Shown one piece after another: positions 38,579 through 49,241 of a DNA stretch of 59,398 bases. The DNA lies in IMG/VR virus record IMGVR_UViG_3300005254_000005, positions 1 to 59,398 of that record; one strand, written 5' to 3'. Position 1 is the stretch's first letter. Each line of letters begins with the position of its first letter. The notes under the pieces are model-generated. The model did not search any database, was not told where the DNA came from, and was given only the letters and a program-made list of their open reading frames with translations. The translations under genes were made by a program, and so were the position numbers. Source of the DNA: a virus. Its lineage: Duplodnaviria; Caudoviricetes.

Positions 38579-39892
38579 TTATTGAGCTGTGGGTTGTAGA
38601 GCCTCCTTGCGAGCCTTGTACCCGGCCCAAATGCAACTCCAGGTGGAAGGCGGAATTCGGGAGGCCTGCTGTTCCTGGTAGAGCTGCTTGCCAACCTTGG
38701 AGAGCTCGACAGGCCGCTTGCACCGGCCGATCTGTTGGATGATCGCCTCGGCCTTTGGAGAAACCTTCGGGGTGAGCCGAGCCTTCCGGATGTTATACTG
38801 AGTCCAGAAGACCCCCGCAAGCTCGCCCTTCAGGTGCTCATGAGCGAACCACGATTTGCCGAATGCAGACAGATCGGCAAGGGTTGCACAGGCGTCCATG
38901 GCCGCGAGGGCCTTGCGAAACCACTCAGGTGCTCGGTCGAAATAATCCGGGAGATCCCGGACGCCGATGGTGTGATACACGAATGGATCCGCGGGTGCCT
39001 CCGACTCGAACGGCTCGGGGCACGCCTCGGTTTCGGGCATGGCCTCCTGCTGCGCGAGATCCGCCGCGAGGTTCCCGAAATACCGGAGCGAGGCCTCGAT
39101 GCCTTCAGCTTTGATCCGGGAGACATAAAACTTAACAAGCTCCCTGCTATTGCCGATGACGCTGAACGCCGCCTGGAAATCGACGGCCTCCTGGTGCGAG
39201 CAACCGGTTTTGAAAACGAGGTATTCCGGCTGCTGATGATGCGGCCCTGCCCTGAAGGTCAGATACAGCGCCATGACGACGCTGCCGTCTACTGATGCGA
39301 CGCCGTCCTCGAAGATCATGCGATCGAGGCCCGTCATTTCGGAGACGTGGTTAGCCATGCCTTCCCAGGCTTCGCCGTATGCCGCCGGATCTGCCGTGAG
39401 ATACTCTTCGCGAGAGATCCAGGCATTGTCGAAGGCATCACGGAGTTGGTCCCGGGAGTCATGGATGAACAACAAGCTCTCAGAGCTGTGCGTTTCAGCC
39501 TCGGTCTCATCGTCAGGAGGCGACGGAGGCGAGGAACGCGGCCCGAACCGAACCACGCGAACGGAAAGACCCGCCGCCTGCGCAACCCGAAACATGTGAG
39601 CCGAACCGCGAGACTGGCCATCCCAAAACAAGACCAAGGCATCCGCGTGAGACGCCATGGCCTCATTGCGAACAAAACCGGCCTGCTTTCCGAGCCGATC
39701 CCAATCCGCGGGGAACTGCTTAAGGGCAAGACCACGCTCCTTGGCGTAACGCTCCCCAAGCCGATCCGCGCCTGGAGCTGTTCCAGAGACGATTTGAATT
39801 TCGGTTTTTGAAGCCAAAAAATGGTCCAACTTCCGAACCATCAACCCATAATCCCGAAACGACCTTGATCCTGCAATGATAACCTTAAACAT
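38579..39892 (-). CDS. YspA-like SLOG (DUF2493) domain fused to about 320 aa unknown region
   Basis: KVIIAGSRSF, IVSGTAPGADRLGERYA, FPADW, AGFVRN, FWDGQSRGS; AAGGAGG RBS. Confidence 0.85.
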   Translation of the reverse strand: MFKVIIAGSRSFRDYGLMVRKLDHFLASKTEIQIVSGTAPGADRLGERYAKERGLALKQFPADWDRLGKQAGFVRNEAMASHADALVLFWDGQSRGSAHMFRVAQAAGLSVRVVRFGPRSSPPSPPDDETEAETHSSESLLFIHDSRDQLRDAFDNAWISREEYLTADPAAYGEAWEGMANHVSEMTGLDRMIFEDGVASVDGSVVMALYLTFRAGPHHQQPEYLVFKTGCSHQEAVDFQAAFSVIGNSRELVKFYVSRIKAEGIEASLRYFGNLAADLAQQEAMPETEACPEPFESEAPADPFVYHTIGVRDLPDYFDRAPEWFRKALAAMDACATLADLSAFGKSWFAHEHLKGELAGVFWTQYNIRKARLTPKVSPKAEAIIQQIGRCKRPVELSKVGKQLYQEQQASRIPPSTWSCIWAGYKARKEALQPTAQ

Positions 39893-41824
39893 GACACACC
39901 TCCTTGAAATTTTAAAGATTAATGATAATGAAAAAATTTATGGCACAGATAGGCCAGAAGCCGAAGGGTTTGTCACCCGAAGAGAGCGGAGGGGAAATGC
40001 CCTTATTAAAACAGTCCCATAGGGGTATCCTTTAGTTTCCCCGTAGCGAACGCAGGGCCGTAACGTAGTGAAGGATTTTTTTGGTCTGCCATATGGAAAC
40101 CGTAAAAAATTCCTTAAATCTTTGTTTAAATGACTATTTTTTGCGGAGGGTCCATATGGCAAAAAAATTGACAAACACTGAGGCCCTGGCACAATGGAAA
40201 GACATGATGATGATTAGCGCTGCATCCTCTAGGGTGGGTGGGCGGGAGTTGAATGAAGGGGCTTGTTCAGGGCGCCCTTCCGATAGCGGCCCCCTGAGCG
40301 AGCGTCAAGGCCTTGTAAGCGAACCGAAGGGGGCCGCGGCGCCCTAAGCCCCACACGGAGCGAGCCATTTCCCCAGCAGGCGAGCGTAGTTCCATATCAG
40401 GGCATAAAGCATAGAAGCGAAATGAAGACAGGGCTTCCTTAAAGGTCTACATTAAATTGTGCCCTGGCTGAATGGGTTTCGCGTGAATGCTTTAGGTTTG
40501 CCCGTGCCTGAGCGGACGAGGGCTGCGAACGGTAAGGGACACGCTGCGGAGCCTGCAAGGCCGCGGGCGGGTGAGAACGCGGCCTGGTTTGCAGGCGGAG
40601 CAGGGTGAGCCCGAAGCGTAGCGGGAACGGCGGGGAGTGACCGCGAAGCTGGTTTCGGGCGGTTCCTCCGTAGCGAGATTAGCCCGAGGGAGCGAAGGCT
40701 TTTAAAAAAGGTCCCCATGAGGCGGCCTGAAAAAACCGACGCCTTATTGTTGCCGCCGAATGGGGTTCCTTATCCTGGTCATCGTCCCGGATAGATGGTA
40801 GATCCCGTCTCGCTTGAAGGTGAATGCAAGGAAAGACTTTATGCGGCCTCCGGACGCCACGCACGCCCCGCCAGGGCCGCCTCCGTGCGGAATAACCCGC
40901 TGGGGCATTGACGGCGGGCCGCGACAAGGGTAAACATCGCCTTACATTGAGAGCGGCCCGCCACACTATTAAACCTGAAGATCATGCCGTGGTTGCATCT
41001 ATATCCCGCCGCCTTACATTGTCCCCCTATTCACATTGAGGACCCCAAATCCAAACCCTTACATTGTAGGTAATAGCCTTCGCCGGCCTTTCAGCCAGGA
41101 GCTCACTCTATCCCCCAAAATCAATTTTCAAACACATGCCGCACTCTGAGAAAAGAAAACAAGTTATACCACAAGCGATCAGAGCCTCATATATTCATGG
41201 ATTGATCACGGCCCGAAGTAGTAGCGTTTTACCGGATGGATACTTCCGGGGGTTTACAGCCTTACCATGGAGGCCAGCATGCTTTTTCGTTGGGTGGATA
41301 TATCCCTCAGGCACGAGCTAGCTTAAAACGGGTGGTCGCAGATGGTCCTCTTTAAAATGAAACGGTCTTTTACCATTCATCCAACCCTACAACCGACTCC
41401 TATCCGATTAAACTGCGAGCGCCCGATCCCTGAGGTACTCACAAGCCAGCCATGAACCGGGGAGTCGCTGATGGTCTTCTTTAAAATGAAACGGTCTTTT
41501 ACCATTTGGCGGAGGGATGGCGCGAGGCCTGCGTGGCCGCGGTTCCCTACGCGGCCATACTATTGCAGGCCCCGTGACATCCCGGAGCCAGGGCGGAAGG
41601 CAGGCGCGGGGCTTGCGGGTATTGCAAGGGCCGTGCGTTGCCGTGTCTTGCAAGGCGCGGCCCTTGCGGCCATTGCAGGCCCCGTGACGGCCTGTAGCCC
41701 AGGAGAGTCTTTCAGGTGGTTTCTTGAAGTGTTAAGGGTGAATGAGTGTGATCAGTATATTTTCAGGGTGAGTATGTGCGCTATAGAGGTTTAGGTATTT
41801 CTCGGGAGTGAGCAAGCTTACCAT

Positions 41825-42036
41825 GGATGTCAGGGATGTCAGGGATGTCAGGGATGTCAGATAAGTATTCCCCCATAAGTGAGTATCTTCCCAGGAGTGA
41901 GTATCTTCCCAGGCCGGTGAGTATCTTTATGGGAATGAACAGGCCTATCAGGAGTGTCAGGAATGTCAGATAAGTATTCCCACGGGAGTGAGTATCTTCC
42001 CAGGGGTGAGTATCTTCCCAGGGGTGAGTATCTTCC
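41825..42036. repeat. Iteron-like array: (GGATGTCAG)x4 plus two blocks of three GTGAGTATCTT(CCCAGG) repeats
   Basis: Copies at 41879, 41897, 41917, 41988, 42006, 42024; blocks offset by 109 bp. Confidence 0.85.
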
Positions 42037-42257
42037 TATGTCAACGAATAAGTGTTTTTCCATTGTGTGTATATGTCGATGAGTTTAAATACATAGGTAG
42101 CACATGTATGATTTTAAATTAAAAACAACCATTTATGGTATTAGGGGACACCCATAAGAAACCTCAAATGTGCTTCTTTCTTAAAAAATGGCAAGCACTT
42201 AAAACACCCATAAATACTTGGTTTATTTGGGGAATGTGTGGTTTTTGATGTGTTTAA

Positions 42258-42608
42258 GGTACGGACGATTTTCTTTCGTACCTCCATTCGTTCCAGAGTT
42301 TCGTACCTCAATGTAACTCAATATGCCCCTATATATATATATTTTTCTTAATTAAATATATTATTATTATTACTTAGGTACAAAGGTACAGACGATTTCG
42401 ATATCACCCCTTATACGCGGGCGCGACATGTCCACAATTTTTGAGGCTCAGACTTTTCCCTTTTTCTTTCCTTTATATATACACGTGCAAACCACCATTT
42501 TCTTCGTACCTTCGTTCCCCGCCCAATAATTTCAGATACTTATCTTAATTTTTCGTGGTACGAAGCCAGGTACGGAAGGGGTACGAAGGCACGCAAACGG
42601 GGTACAAA
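42258..42608. other. Candidate replication origin (AT-rich with TTCGTACC/GGTACGAA repeats in both orientations)
   Basis: About 11 GGTAC/GGAAC-type motifs in both orientations around a (TA)n/AT-rich tract. Confidence 0.45.
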
Positions 42609-42896
42609 CATTGAATCTGTGAATTTTTCGCTAGCATTACAGATGTAAAACCCTCTGTTTTTAAGCTGTTCATATTTAATTTTTTACATGTTATACGTAT
42701 AAAACTGCATTGTTTTTTATGCATGCCGACAATACAATACATACTTATTCCACATGAATCACACCCCATAAACATGCTCACATAATATGTCATTCATTAA
42801 CAGCCAACACGTAATACATGTTTATGTTTTAGTGTTTCTTTAAATCCATCTAATACAACTCATCCATATTGCAAGGTATATATTTTATTTTTATCA

Positions 42897-42925
42897 TTGA
42901 CATTTAAATATTATGATGTTATCAT
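42897..42925 (+). promoter_or_regulatory. Sigma70 promoter TTGACA-N17-TATCAT
   Basis: Near-consensus with TG extension, upstream of 43029 ORF. Confidence 0.65.
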
Positions 42926-43028
42926 CGTGGCAACAACCATGAAGCATTGAATATGTCTTCAATTTACACGTATAGTTTTAAATAAACCATATGTTTTACT
43001 GTAAATCATTTAATAAAAGGAGTGTACC

Positions 43029-43268
43029 GTGGAAAAACGAGTGACAATCGGCGTGACCTTCAAGGAGAGTACCAAGAAAAACCTAACAGACCTTGCTAAG
43101 CGAAGATCCATGGAGGGTGAACAGATAGTTACGGTTTCAATGTTGATCCGCGATGCTATCGAAGGAGCCTATGGATCTATTTTTAAATCTCTTTCTGGGA
43201 TTAAGACGCAAATCAAAGCGAGCGACGATCCATTCGATGGAGGAGTGGATGATGATGAAGATGGTTAA
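43029..43268 (+). CDS. Ribbon-helix-helix-like regulator
   Basis: RVTIGVTF strand, helix, TVSMLIRDAI; AAGGAG RBS; own promoter and terminator. Confidence 0.65.
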   Translation: MEKRVTIGVTFKESTKKNLTDLAKRRSMEGEQIVTVSMLIRDAIEGAYGSIFKSLSGIKTQIKASDDPFDGGVDDDEDG

Positions 43269-43342
43269 GATAAGGATAGCGATAAGGGTCTGTTTTAACC
43301 CCTCCGCTCCTCTATCACCCCCTCTCGCCTCGATCTAAAGCA

Positions 43343-43374
43343 AAAGGCGGCCTACATAGCCGCCTTTCTGTTTT
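43343..43374 (+). terminator. Intrinsic (possibly bidirectional) terminator
   Basis: AAAGGCGGC/GCCGCCTTT stem with T-rich tail. Confidence 0.6.
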
Positions 43375-43983
43375 CGTCGATCTGAGGGCTTCTCAGCACG
43401 CTGCGCGAGCGCCTGCGCTGCGCGCACGTTTCATATTTTAAACCTCACTTCCTCTTTCTCCCTTTTGCGGCCATGCTGGCCATTCCGGAGCTTCCGTATT
43501 TCCTTCTTCCGATGTAAGCGCAGAGCGCCCGGCTCTTTCCGCTTGCGAGTCAGGCCCTGAATCTCCCGCCGCTCCCTGGCGGATCATTTGAAAATCCTCC
43601 TGACTTCTTTGACTTTGCCATGGTTTAAACCCTCCTTTTCCTTTTAAAAATCGAAGCCGCGCAGATTTTCCTTGCCGACTCCTTGCTTTTTCCCTTAGTC
43701 GAAACCTTCCTGATGCACCTCTCGAGCTTCGCTTTGCATCCCATTTTAGATCACACCTCCTTTCTTTTCGCTGTTTCTCATTCAACCTTTTTGGATGCGA
43801 TATATATCCGTCTTTCATCCACAGTAATAAATGGAAACATCCTTACGCCATCAATCACCTTGCTTTGATCAAATATTGCGTTGTACTTTGAATTAGTCAT
43901 TGATGGCAGCTCGTCCTCGTATTCCCATTCTAATAATACTATGACCATTATTTCCTCTCCGGCAATGAGAATTTATTCATGCG

Positions 43984-44328
43984 CTATTTCTCATTCGAAC
44001 TTTTCGATTTTCTTTCCCTGAAATCCAGCCCATTGACTCGAAGAACCTGGAATAGGCCTTCGGAAAGGACAGTCAGGTGTGTGTGGTGAATCTCCAGGCC
44101 GTTCTTAGCTTTGATACATTCAATGATTTCATGTAAAAAGCACTTGGCGAGCGAGCTCTCCGGGACGTCGCTATCATTTCGAAGCCGAATCAAATTGTAA
44201 TAATCTCTGTATTCGCCGCCGCCATCGATGCTTTCCTGTAGAACTTTATCCACCCTGATCGTATGGCCGTTTACCCTTATCTCGCCAGGTATCTTCATGC
44301 TTTTCTTTCTCCGGAAACTGTCTGACAA
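43984..44328 (-). CDS. Phage protein with metallopeptidase-like FLHEIIE motif
   Basis: MKIPGEIRVNG...FLHEIIE. Confidence 0.55.
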   Translation of the reverse strand: MSDSFRRKKSMKIPGEIRVNGHTIRVDKVLQESIDGGGEYRDYYNLIRLRNDSDVPESSLAKCFLHEIIECIKAKNGLEIHHTHLTVLSEGLFQVLRVNGLDFRERKSKSSNEK

Positions 44329-44337
44329 CTAAAGAGT

Positions 44338-44610
44338 TTATTTCTTTTTCGACGTTTTCGATCCCCTCTGCGAAACTTTCTGCGGCGCCTTCTTGGCGGT
44401 CTTTGCAATGCTCTGCATAGCCGCCGCTTCGACCGAAGCCTTTTTTGCCATATCCTTGGCCACCTTCGCGGCCGCGGTGAGCCGGCCCGGGGTCTTTTGG
44501 ATCACCTTGGCTTCCATTAAAGTCCTGGCGTCGTTTTCCGCCTGCCATCGTTTTTCCTGTGCTTCCGCTGAAGATATTGCTTTTGACATGGTAAATCTCT
44601 CCTTTCTCAT
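44338..44610 (-). CDS. Small basic protein
   Basis: WQAENDARTLMEA; Lys/Ala-rich. Confidence 0.6.
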   Translation of the reverse strand: MRKERFTMSKAISSAEAQEKRWQAENDARTLMEAKVIQKTPGRLTAAAKVAKDMAKKASVEAAAMQSIAKTAKKAPQKVSQRGSKTSKKK

Positions 44611-44969
44611 TATGATTTTACCGTTTCCAAAAACCTCTTAAAACTCTTGACCACATAAACCGGATGGCCTAACCAATTCAATTGCAGCTTCAACTCTCGC
44701 TGTTCTTTCCGCAATTTGCCGTCGGCGGATTTAAGCTCGATCAGGATTAATTTGCCGTCGGGCTTGAAAATAAAAAGATCCGGCCATCCGGCCGCGTTTT
44801 TCTTTCGGCTGAAATCATGATAAACGGGCCAACCGTGTTCCCTGCAGTGCCGAATACACCGGCCCTGGAGGTCTCCCTCAAGGCCCGGGTCGGGTACGTC
44901 CTCAACCTCGGGCGAGGGGTTGAATTTTGCCATGTACGCGGCGAGGTGATCTTTTGTCCAGTGAACCAT
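44610..44969 (-). CDS. VRR-NUC nuclease
   Basis: GWPDLFI...IELKSADGKLRKEQ. Confidence 0.85.
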   Translation of the reverse strand: MVHWTKDHLAAYMAKFNPSPEVEDVPDPGLEGDLQGRCIRHCREHGWPVYHDFSRKKNAAGWPDLFIFKPDGKLILIELKSADGKLRKEQRELKLQLNWLGHPVYVVKSFKRFLETVKS

Positions 44970-45522
44970 GGGTAAACTCCACAGATTTTAGATTTTAAAG
45001 CCTGTTCTTCCTTAAACCCATACCCTGGTATGCCTTGACCCTTTAATCGCTCTCAGATTTTTATTTGTCCCGCTTCTTCAAGTGACTTTCGACCTAATCG
45101 CAACCTTTCACCGGCTGCTTTCTTCTGCTCATCCGTCATCTTCTTTCCGACAAACGGATTCCGGCCTTGCCGAAAGTCAAACAAGGGACACAGCGGGTCG
45201 GTGCAATCCCGAATTAAATCAAGTCACTCTTGACTTTTCGGTTTCAACCTACTCTGGCCCATGCATTCCCGACAAAACAGTTTTATCGCCTGTAATGGTG
45301 ATCTTGCCTTTTTTGGATAAAATACCTGGCCGTATTTATCCTGCACCCTCCCCTTTCCCATTTCCACAAATCCCATCTCGGCATATTTTTCTTGCGTCCT
45401 CATTCCCTTTGTTCTCCTATGTTGATTTACCCTACAATCGACGTTCTCCACTAAACCCATACCTCCCTACCTTTATTCCTCGACACGCGTCAGATTTTTT
45501 TTCTTTCCCATTCAATAAGGCA

Positions 45523-45819
45523 TCATTTTTTCTTGCCCGGTTTTTCTTCCTTGAGGGCCGGAGGTTGTCCTTCTTGCGGCGCCGCCGGCTTATCCTTCTT
45601 GGCCTTCTTGTTTTTCAGGCTTTCGAAAGCCTTCTTGGCCACCTGGTACCGGCCCTTCTTGACGCACGCCGGGCACAGTTCAAAATCTTCGCAGAACTGG
45701 GGCGTATCGCTAACGTCGATAACCAGCCTGAAATTTCCCTCTGTAATCTCAAGGGGCTCTTTTTGTGAAGACATTCCCTCGATCACGTTTTTACACTCAT
45801 CACAAATTCTCGCTTGCAT
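45523..45819 (-). CDS. Zn-binding hypothetical protein
   Basis: CDEC...ELCPAC; AGGAG RBS. Confidence 0.6.
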   Translation of the reverse strand: MQARICDECKNVIEGMSSQKEPLEITEGNFRLVIDVSDTPQFCEDFELCPACVKKGRYQVAKKAFESLKNKKAKKDKPAAPQEGQPPALKEEKPGKKK

Positions 45820-45975
45820 TCTCTTTTCTCCTTATCCTTTTTAGGGTTGACGTTGAAGGGTTTCTGGTTGCCGATTTCCTGGGAGGATCCCGTCCGCCTG
45901 CCGCCCGGATGATAATCCACGTAACGATGGCAACGACCAGCAATCCCGCCGACGCTGCGATGCTTAAAAGCCCTT

Positions 45976-48699
45976 TCAACTCCGAGTATTTCCCCACAAC
46001 CCCCCCTCCCCTTCCTCCTCCGGACTCCGCCATCCGGACAGAAACACCTCCCGGACGCCTTCAGGCAATTTATTCAATGCCAGGTCAAAGGCCCGGCGTT
46101 TCTTCCCATTTAAAAGAATCGGCTTGGTATACCCATCCTTGTCGAGCGGCGGGGAAATGAAATACGGCTCATCCTTCAGGTAACTCAAGATATCATGGTA
46201 ATTCCAGACCTCTTCTCCCCTTTTGCGACGGCTTTCAGCCCATTTATTGTAAATTCCCCTCAGCCATATCCTGACTAGATCGTCTCCCTTTTCGTTTCCC
46301 TTGCCCGCGCCGTATCCAAACACCTTATCCCTCAGGATCTCGACGTGGTCCCCATTCAAAACATTCTCCGCCCGCAACGATTCGATATCGTAGAAAAATT
46401 CATTGAGGATAAACGACTCCTCCTTTTCCTTTTTCACCTCGAAGGCCTGGTATTTAAGCCAGTCCAGGAAATCGCCATGATCGTTGCATGCCTGGTGCGT
46501 GTCGTAGAGCTTGATGAAGCAGACGGCGAGGGAGGCGTAGATTTTGGCCAGCCTTGGGTCGATGTTCCCCGATTCAAGGACGCCGCTCAGGGTATCGATG
46601 GCTTCAAACAACTGTTTAACATTGGTCTTTGATTTTTGAATTATCAGCCGGTGGACGATCCCCGAAAAGTTGTGCCGGTGCGTCTCGAGCTGCTTGAACA
46701 CCTCGTCTTTCCGCCTCATTAAACTCAGCTGAATGCGAGCGCACCTGCTAGCTAAGGCTGAATCTTTCGAGAATCCCTCCCCTGTGATCAGGACCGGGGC
46801 CCTCACCCTCTGCCCGACAACCCCAAAGCCTAACCAGCCCCTGGTTCCTCCGCCGATCCTGTCGAAGGCCGACCTTAAAATCGATTCGCGTTTTATGACG
46901 GCGCTCGTGTTTCGATACTCATCCAGCCAAAGGGGAATGCCCGAGTAATAGGCCAACCAGCGGGTGAGGGCGGTATTTGAAATATCGGAGATGTTTTTGG
47001 CGATCTCCTCCTCAAGGCCGAAATGATTGACGATGATCCGGGCAAGGGTGTTTTTCCCGACCTCTTTTTTCCCGGAGATGAACAGGATGGGAAATTTGTA
47101 ACGGGAGAAGATCTCCGTTGAATAAACGCATGCTGCAATGAAGCCTAATGCGAGGTATGCCTCGTAACCGCCGATATTTTCCTTAATGAGCCTCACCACG
47201 GCGTCTTGAGTTTCATCAATGACCTTGTCCGGAATATCGTTTCGGATCAGGGGAAGGCATCCCGAGTTTGCGCCGGCGTCGACATTCAAGGAGAGAGGCT
47301 GGTAGCCATTATTGTCAATCCAGATAATTCCTTCCGAGTTGGGCGTGTAGACCTCGCCTTTTTTGACGGCATAGTCGCCTAACAGCCACATCCCCTCTTT
47401 TTCAATCTCCCCGATGTGGTCCGGCCGGTAGATGATCCGCGTGTCGCAGGCTGCGAGTTCGAGCGACCAAACGCTTTCGAGGTCGTACGGAGAGCCTTTC
47501 CATTGAAAATTGCCCTGGCCGAAACACCATTTGGCGAACAGGAACTTCCCAGCCATTTCTTCCGGCTTTATTTCCGCCTCTCTCGATACGGATCCATTTT
47601 CCGAAACAAGACGAATGCTTCGGATTGCGCCCTCAGGCGTATGGAATGTTTTGACGATTTCAAGCGTGAAGTTTGAAATCTTTGCCCTGACTAGGCTATA
47701 TTGAGTTTCCGTGATATTCCAGTAACAGCCATTCTCCTTTACAACATTGTTTCCGTTTGGGCTTGAATTGCCTTCGCTTTCGACGACGGCCTTTTCAACC
47801 TTGATTCTTGGCAGAGAAAGAAAGTCCTCTCTGGTCTTGCCGTACTTCACGAAAAAGTCGGTGAGGTCCTCCTTCTCCTCCATGAAGTCGGGCCACTGAA
47901 CGGCCTCCACCAGGGACGCGCTTTCAAGGAGACTCGCCCCGGCCCTTTGCCCCCCTTCCCTTCCCGGTTCATCATTGTCGTATGCCGTGATGACGTGCCG
48001 GCCCTTGAATTTCTGGTTAAACTCAGCCTTCCATGTGCCTGCGCCCGTGGTTTGAGTGATACACCAAAGCCCGTGCGACAGGCCGCACAGATCGTCAGGC
48101 TCCCCTTCGCACAAAATGATGGGCTCGCCTTCCGGCGCCTCTTTTAAAACCGAAACCGGGTAAAGCCGGGCCCGGCCGAACCCCTTTTTCCAGGACAGAA
48201 TTTTTTCTTCATCATCTCCGGCATTCGGCTTGTAGCGCCGGATGTTGACCAGCTTTTCTTTTCCATCGAAAACAGGAATGGAAATCCTTTTCTGCTTTGA
48301 AATGTATCCGATCCGATATTTTTCAATGACCTCGGCGGACCATCCCCTCTTTTCAGTCATGTAAGAAAGGGCGTCCGGCGTTATCGCCTTGACGAATCCG
48401 TCGACTACCTCAATGTCGATCTGCGCTTCTTTCTGTTTCAGCCCGTATTTTTCGAGGAGATCCTTATATGCCTCCTTGGTGCCCGTGCTATTTATCCGGG
48501 AATGAAAAGAGATGATGTTCCCTTCCCCGCATCCGGCATGGCATTTCCATTGGCTGGTCTTTAAATTTACCGAGAGAGAGCGATTTTTATCGTCATGGAA
48601 TGGGCAGAGCCCTACAAGACCATTACTGTCGGGCTTTACATCTTTGACGTGTATGCGGAAATAATCTTCGAGCGGAATCTGGCCGATGATATCTTCCAT
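45976..48699 (-). CDS. DNA primase-helicase (CHC2 Zn finger + TOPRIM + P-loop)
   Basis: CPFHDD...WKCHAGC, LCEGEPD, AYDND, SGKKEVGKNT, LWLDEY. Confidence 0.9.
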   Translation of the reverse strand: MEDIIGQIPLEDYFRIHVKDVKPDSNGLVGLCPFHDDKNRSLSVNLKTSQWKCHAGCGEGNIISFHSRINSTGTKEAYKDLLEKYGLKQKEAQIDIEVVDGFVKAITPDALSYMTEKRGWSAEVIEKYRIGYISKQKRISIPVFDGKEKLVNIRRYKPNAGDDEEKILSWKKGFGRARLYPVSVLKEAPEGEPIILCEGEPDDLCGLSHGLWCITQTTGAGTWKAEFNQKFKGRHVITAYDNDEPGREGGQRAGASLLESASLVEAVQWPDFMEEKEDLTDFFVKYGKTREDFLSLPRIKVEKAVVESEGNSSPNGNNVVKENGCYWNITETQYSLVRAKISNFTLEIVKTFHTPEGAIRSIRLVSENGSVSREAEIKPEEMAGKFLFAKWCFGQGNFQWKGSPYDLESVWSLELAACDTRIIYRPDHIGEIEKEGMWLLGDYAVKKGEVYTPNSEGIIWIDNNGYQPLSLNVDAGANSGCLPLIRNDIPDKVIDETQDAVVRLIKENIGGYEAYLALGFIAACVYSTEIFSRYKFPILFISGKKEVGKNTLARIIVNHFGLEEEIAKNISDISNTALTRWLAYYSGIPLWLDEYRNTSAVIKRESILRSAFDRIGGGTRGWLGFGVVGQRVRAPVLITGEGFSKDSALASRCARIQLSLMRRKDEVFKQLETHRHNFSGIVHRLIIQKSKTNVKQLFEAIDTLSGVLESGNIDPRLAKIYASLAVCFIKLYDTHQACNDHGDFLDWLKYQAFEVKKEKEESFILNEFFYDIESLRAENVLNGDHVEILRDKVFGYGAGKGNEKGDDLVRIWLRGIYNKWAESRRKRGEEVWNYHDILSYLKDEPYFISPPLDKDGYTKPILLNGKKRRAFDLALNKLPEGVREVFLSGWRSPEEEGEGGLWGNTRS

Positions 48700-48764
48700 T
48701 GAATCGGATTTTCTTTCTAAAATTTCATAGTATTCAATAATTTAAAAATTATTCCATATCATGA

Positions 48765-48965
48765 CTATTCGGATTGGTTTCGGTTATCGTAGCGTTGCTC
48801 CCATAATTCGACGGATTCGAGCTTATTCCATAAATATTTACGGACGGCCCTGGTCATGAATTTTGAGCGGGTATAATCGTGAAGTTCGCAGTAGGCGTCT
48901 ATCTCTTCAACAAGCCATGAAGGGACGGAAATGGAAATGCTTTCCGTGGTCTTTGGAAGCGACAT
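48765..48965 (-). CDS. CopG/RHH regulator
   Basis: ISISVPSWLVEEID...TRSKFMTRAV; GGAGG RBS. Confidence 0.75.
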   Translation of the reverse strand: MSLPKTTESISISVPSWLVEEIDAYCELHDYTRSKFMTRAVRKYLWNKLESVELWEQRYDNRNQSE

Positions 48966-48979
48966 GGAGGGCCTCCTTG

Positions 48980-49156
48980 CTATTTTTGAATGTCTTTGAC
49001 AACCAACTCAAGGAGCCTTCGGCCAGGGGTTGGAATGCTCTCAGGGCGCCATCTCCACTCGTTGTATCGCGTATAAGACATCCCGATAAATCTCGCCGCG
49101 GCCTTGTGAGAACCCGTGTGTTCCTTGAGGAGTTGAAATATGTTTTTTATTTCCAT
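48980..49156 (-). CDS. Cro-like HTH protein
   Basis: GSHKAAARFIGMSYTRYNEW; divergent from repressor-like gene. Confidence 0.65.
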   Translation of the reverse strand: MEIKNIFQLLKEHTGSHKAAARFIGMSYTRYNEWRWRPESIPTPGRRLLELVVKDIQK

Positions 49157-49163
49157 GGCGTCA

Positions 49164-49192
49164 AAAATAATGAATTTCGTTATTTTTGTCAA
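49164..49192 (-). promoter_or_regulatory. Promoter TTGACA-N17-TATTTT with operator 49167-49183
   Basis: Operator palindrome overlaps the spacer and -10. Confidence 0.65.
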
Positions 49193-49241
49193 GAAGAATT
49201 TCATGATTGCCTAAAATAGTCACCAAATTGATAATGGAGAA

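Noticed and set aside
38124-38820. Arg/Pro-rich ORFs 38124-38723, 38341-38742, 38506-38820
   Set aside because: They cross a terminator and hairpin repeats; composition suggests non-coding GC-rich DNA
40081-41794. Short ORFs in the 40-41.8 kb tract
   Set aside because: Low-complexity translations of repeats; only the ATG near 40156 has a plausible RBS, which is insufficient to call
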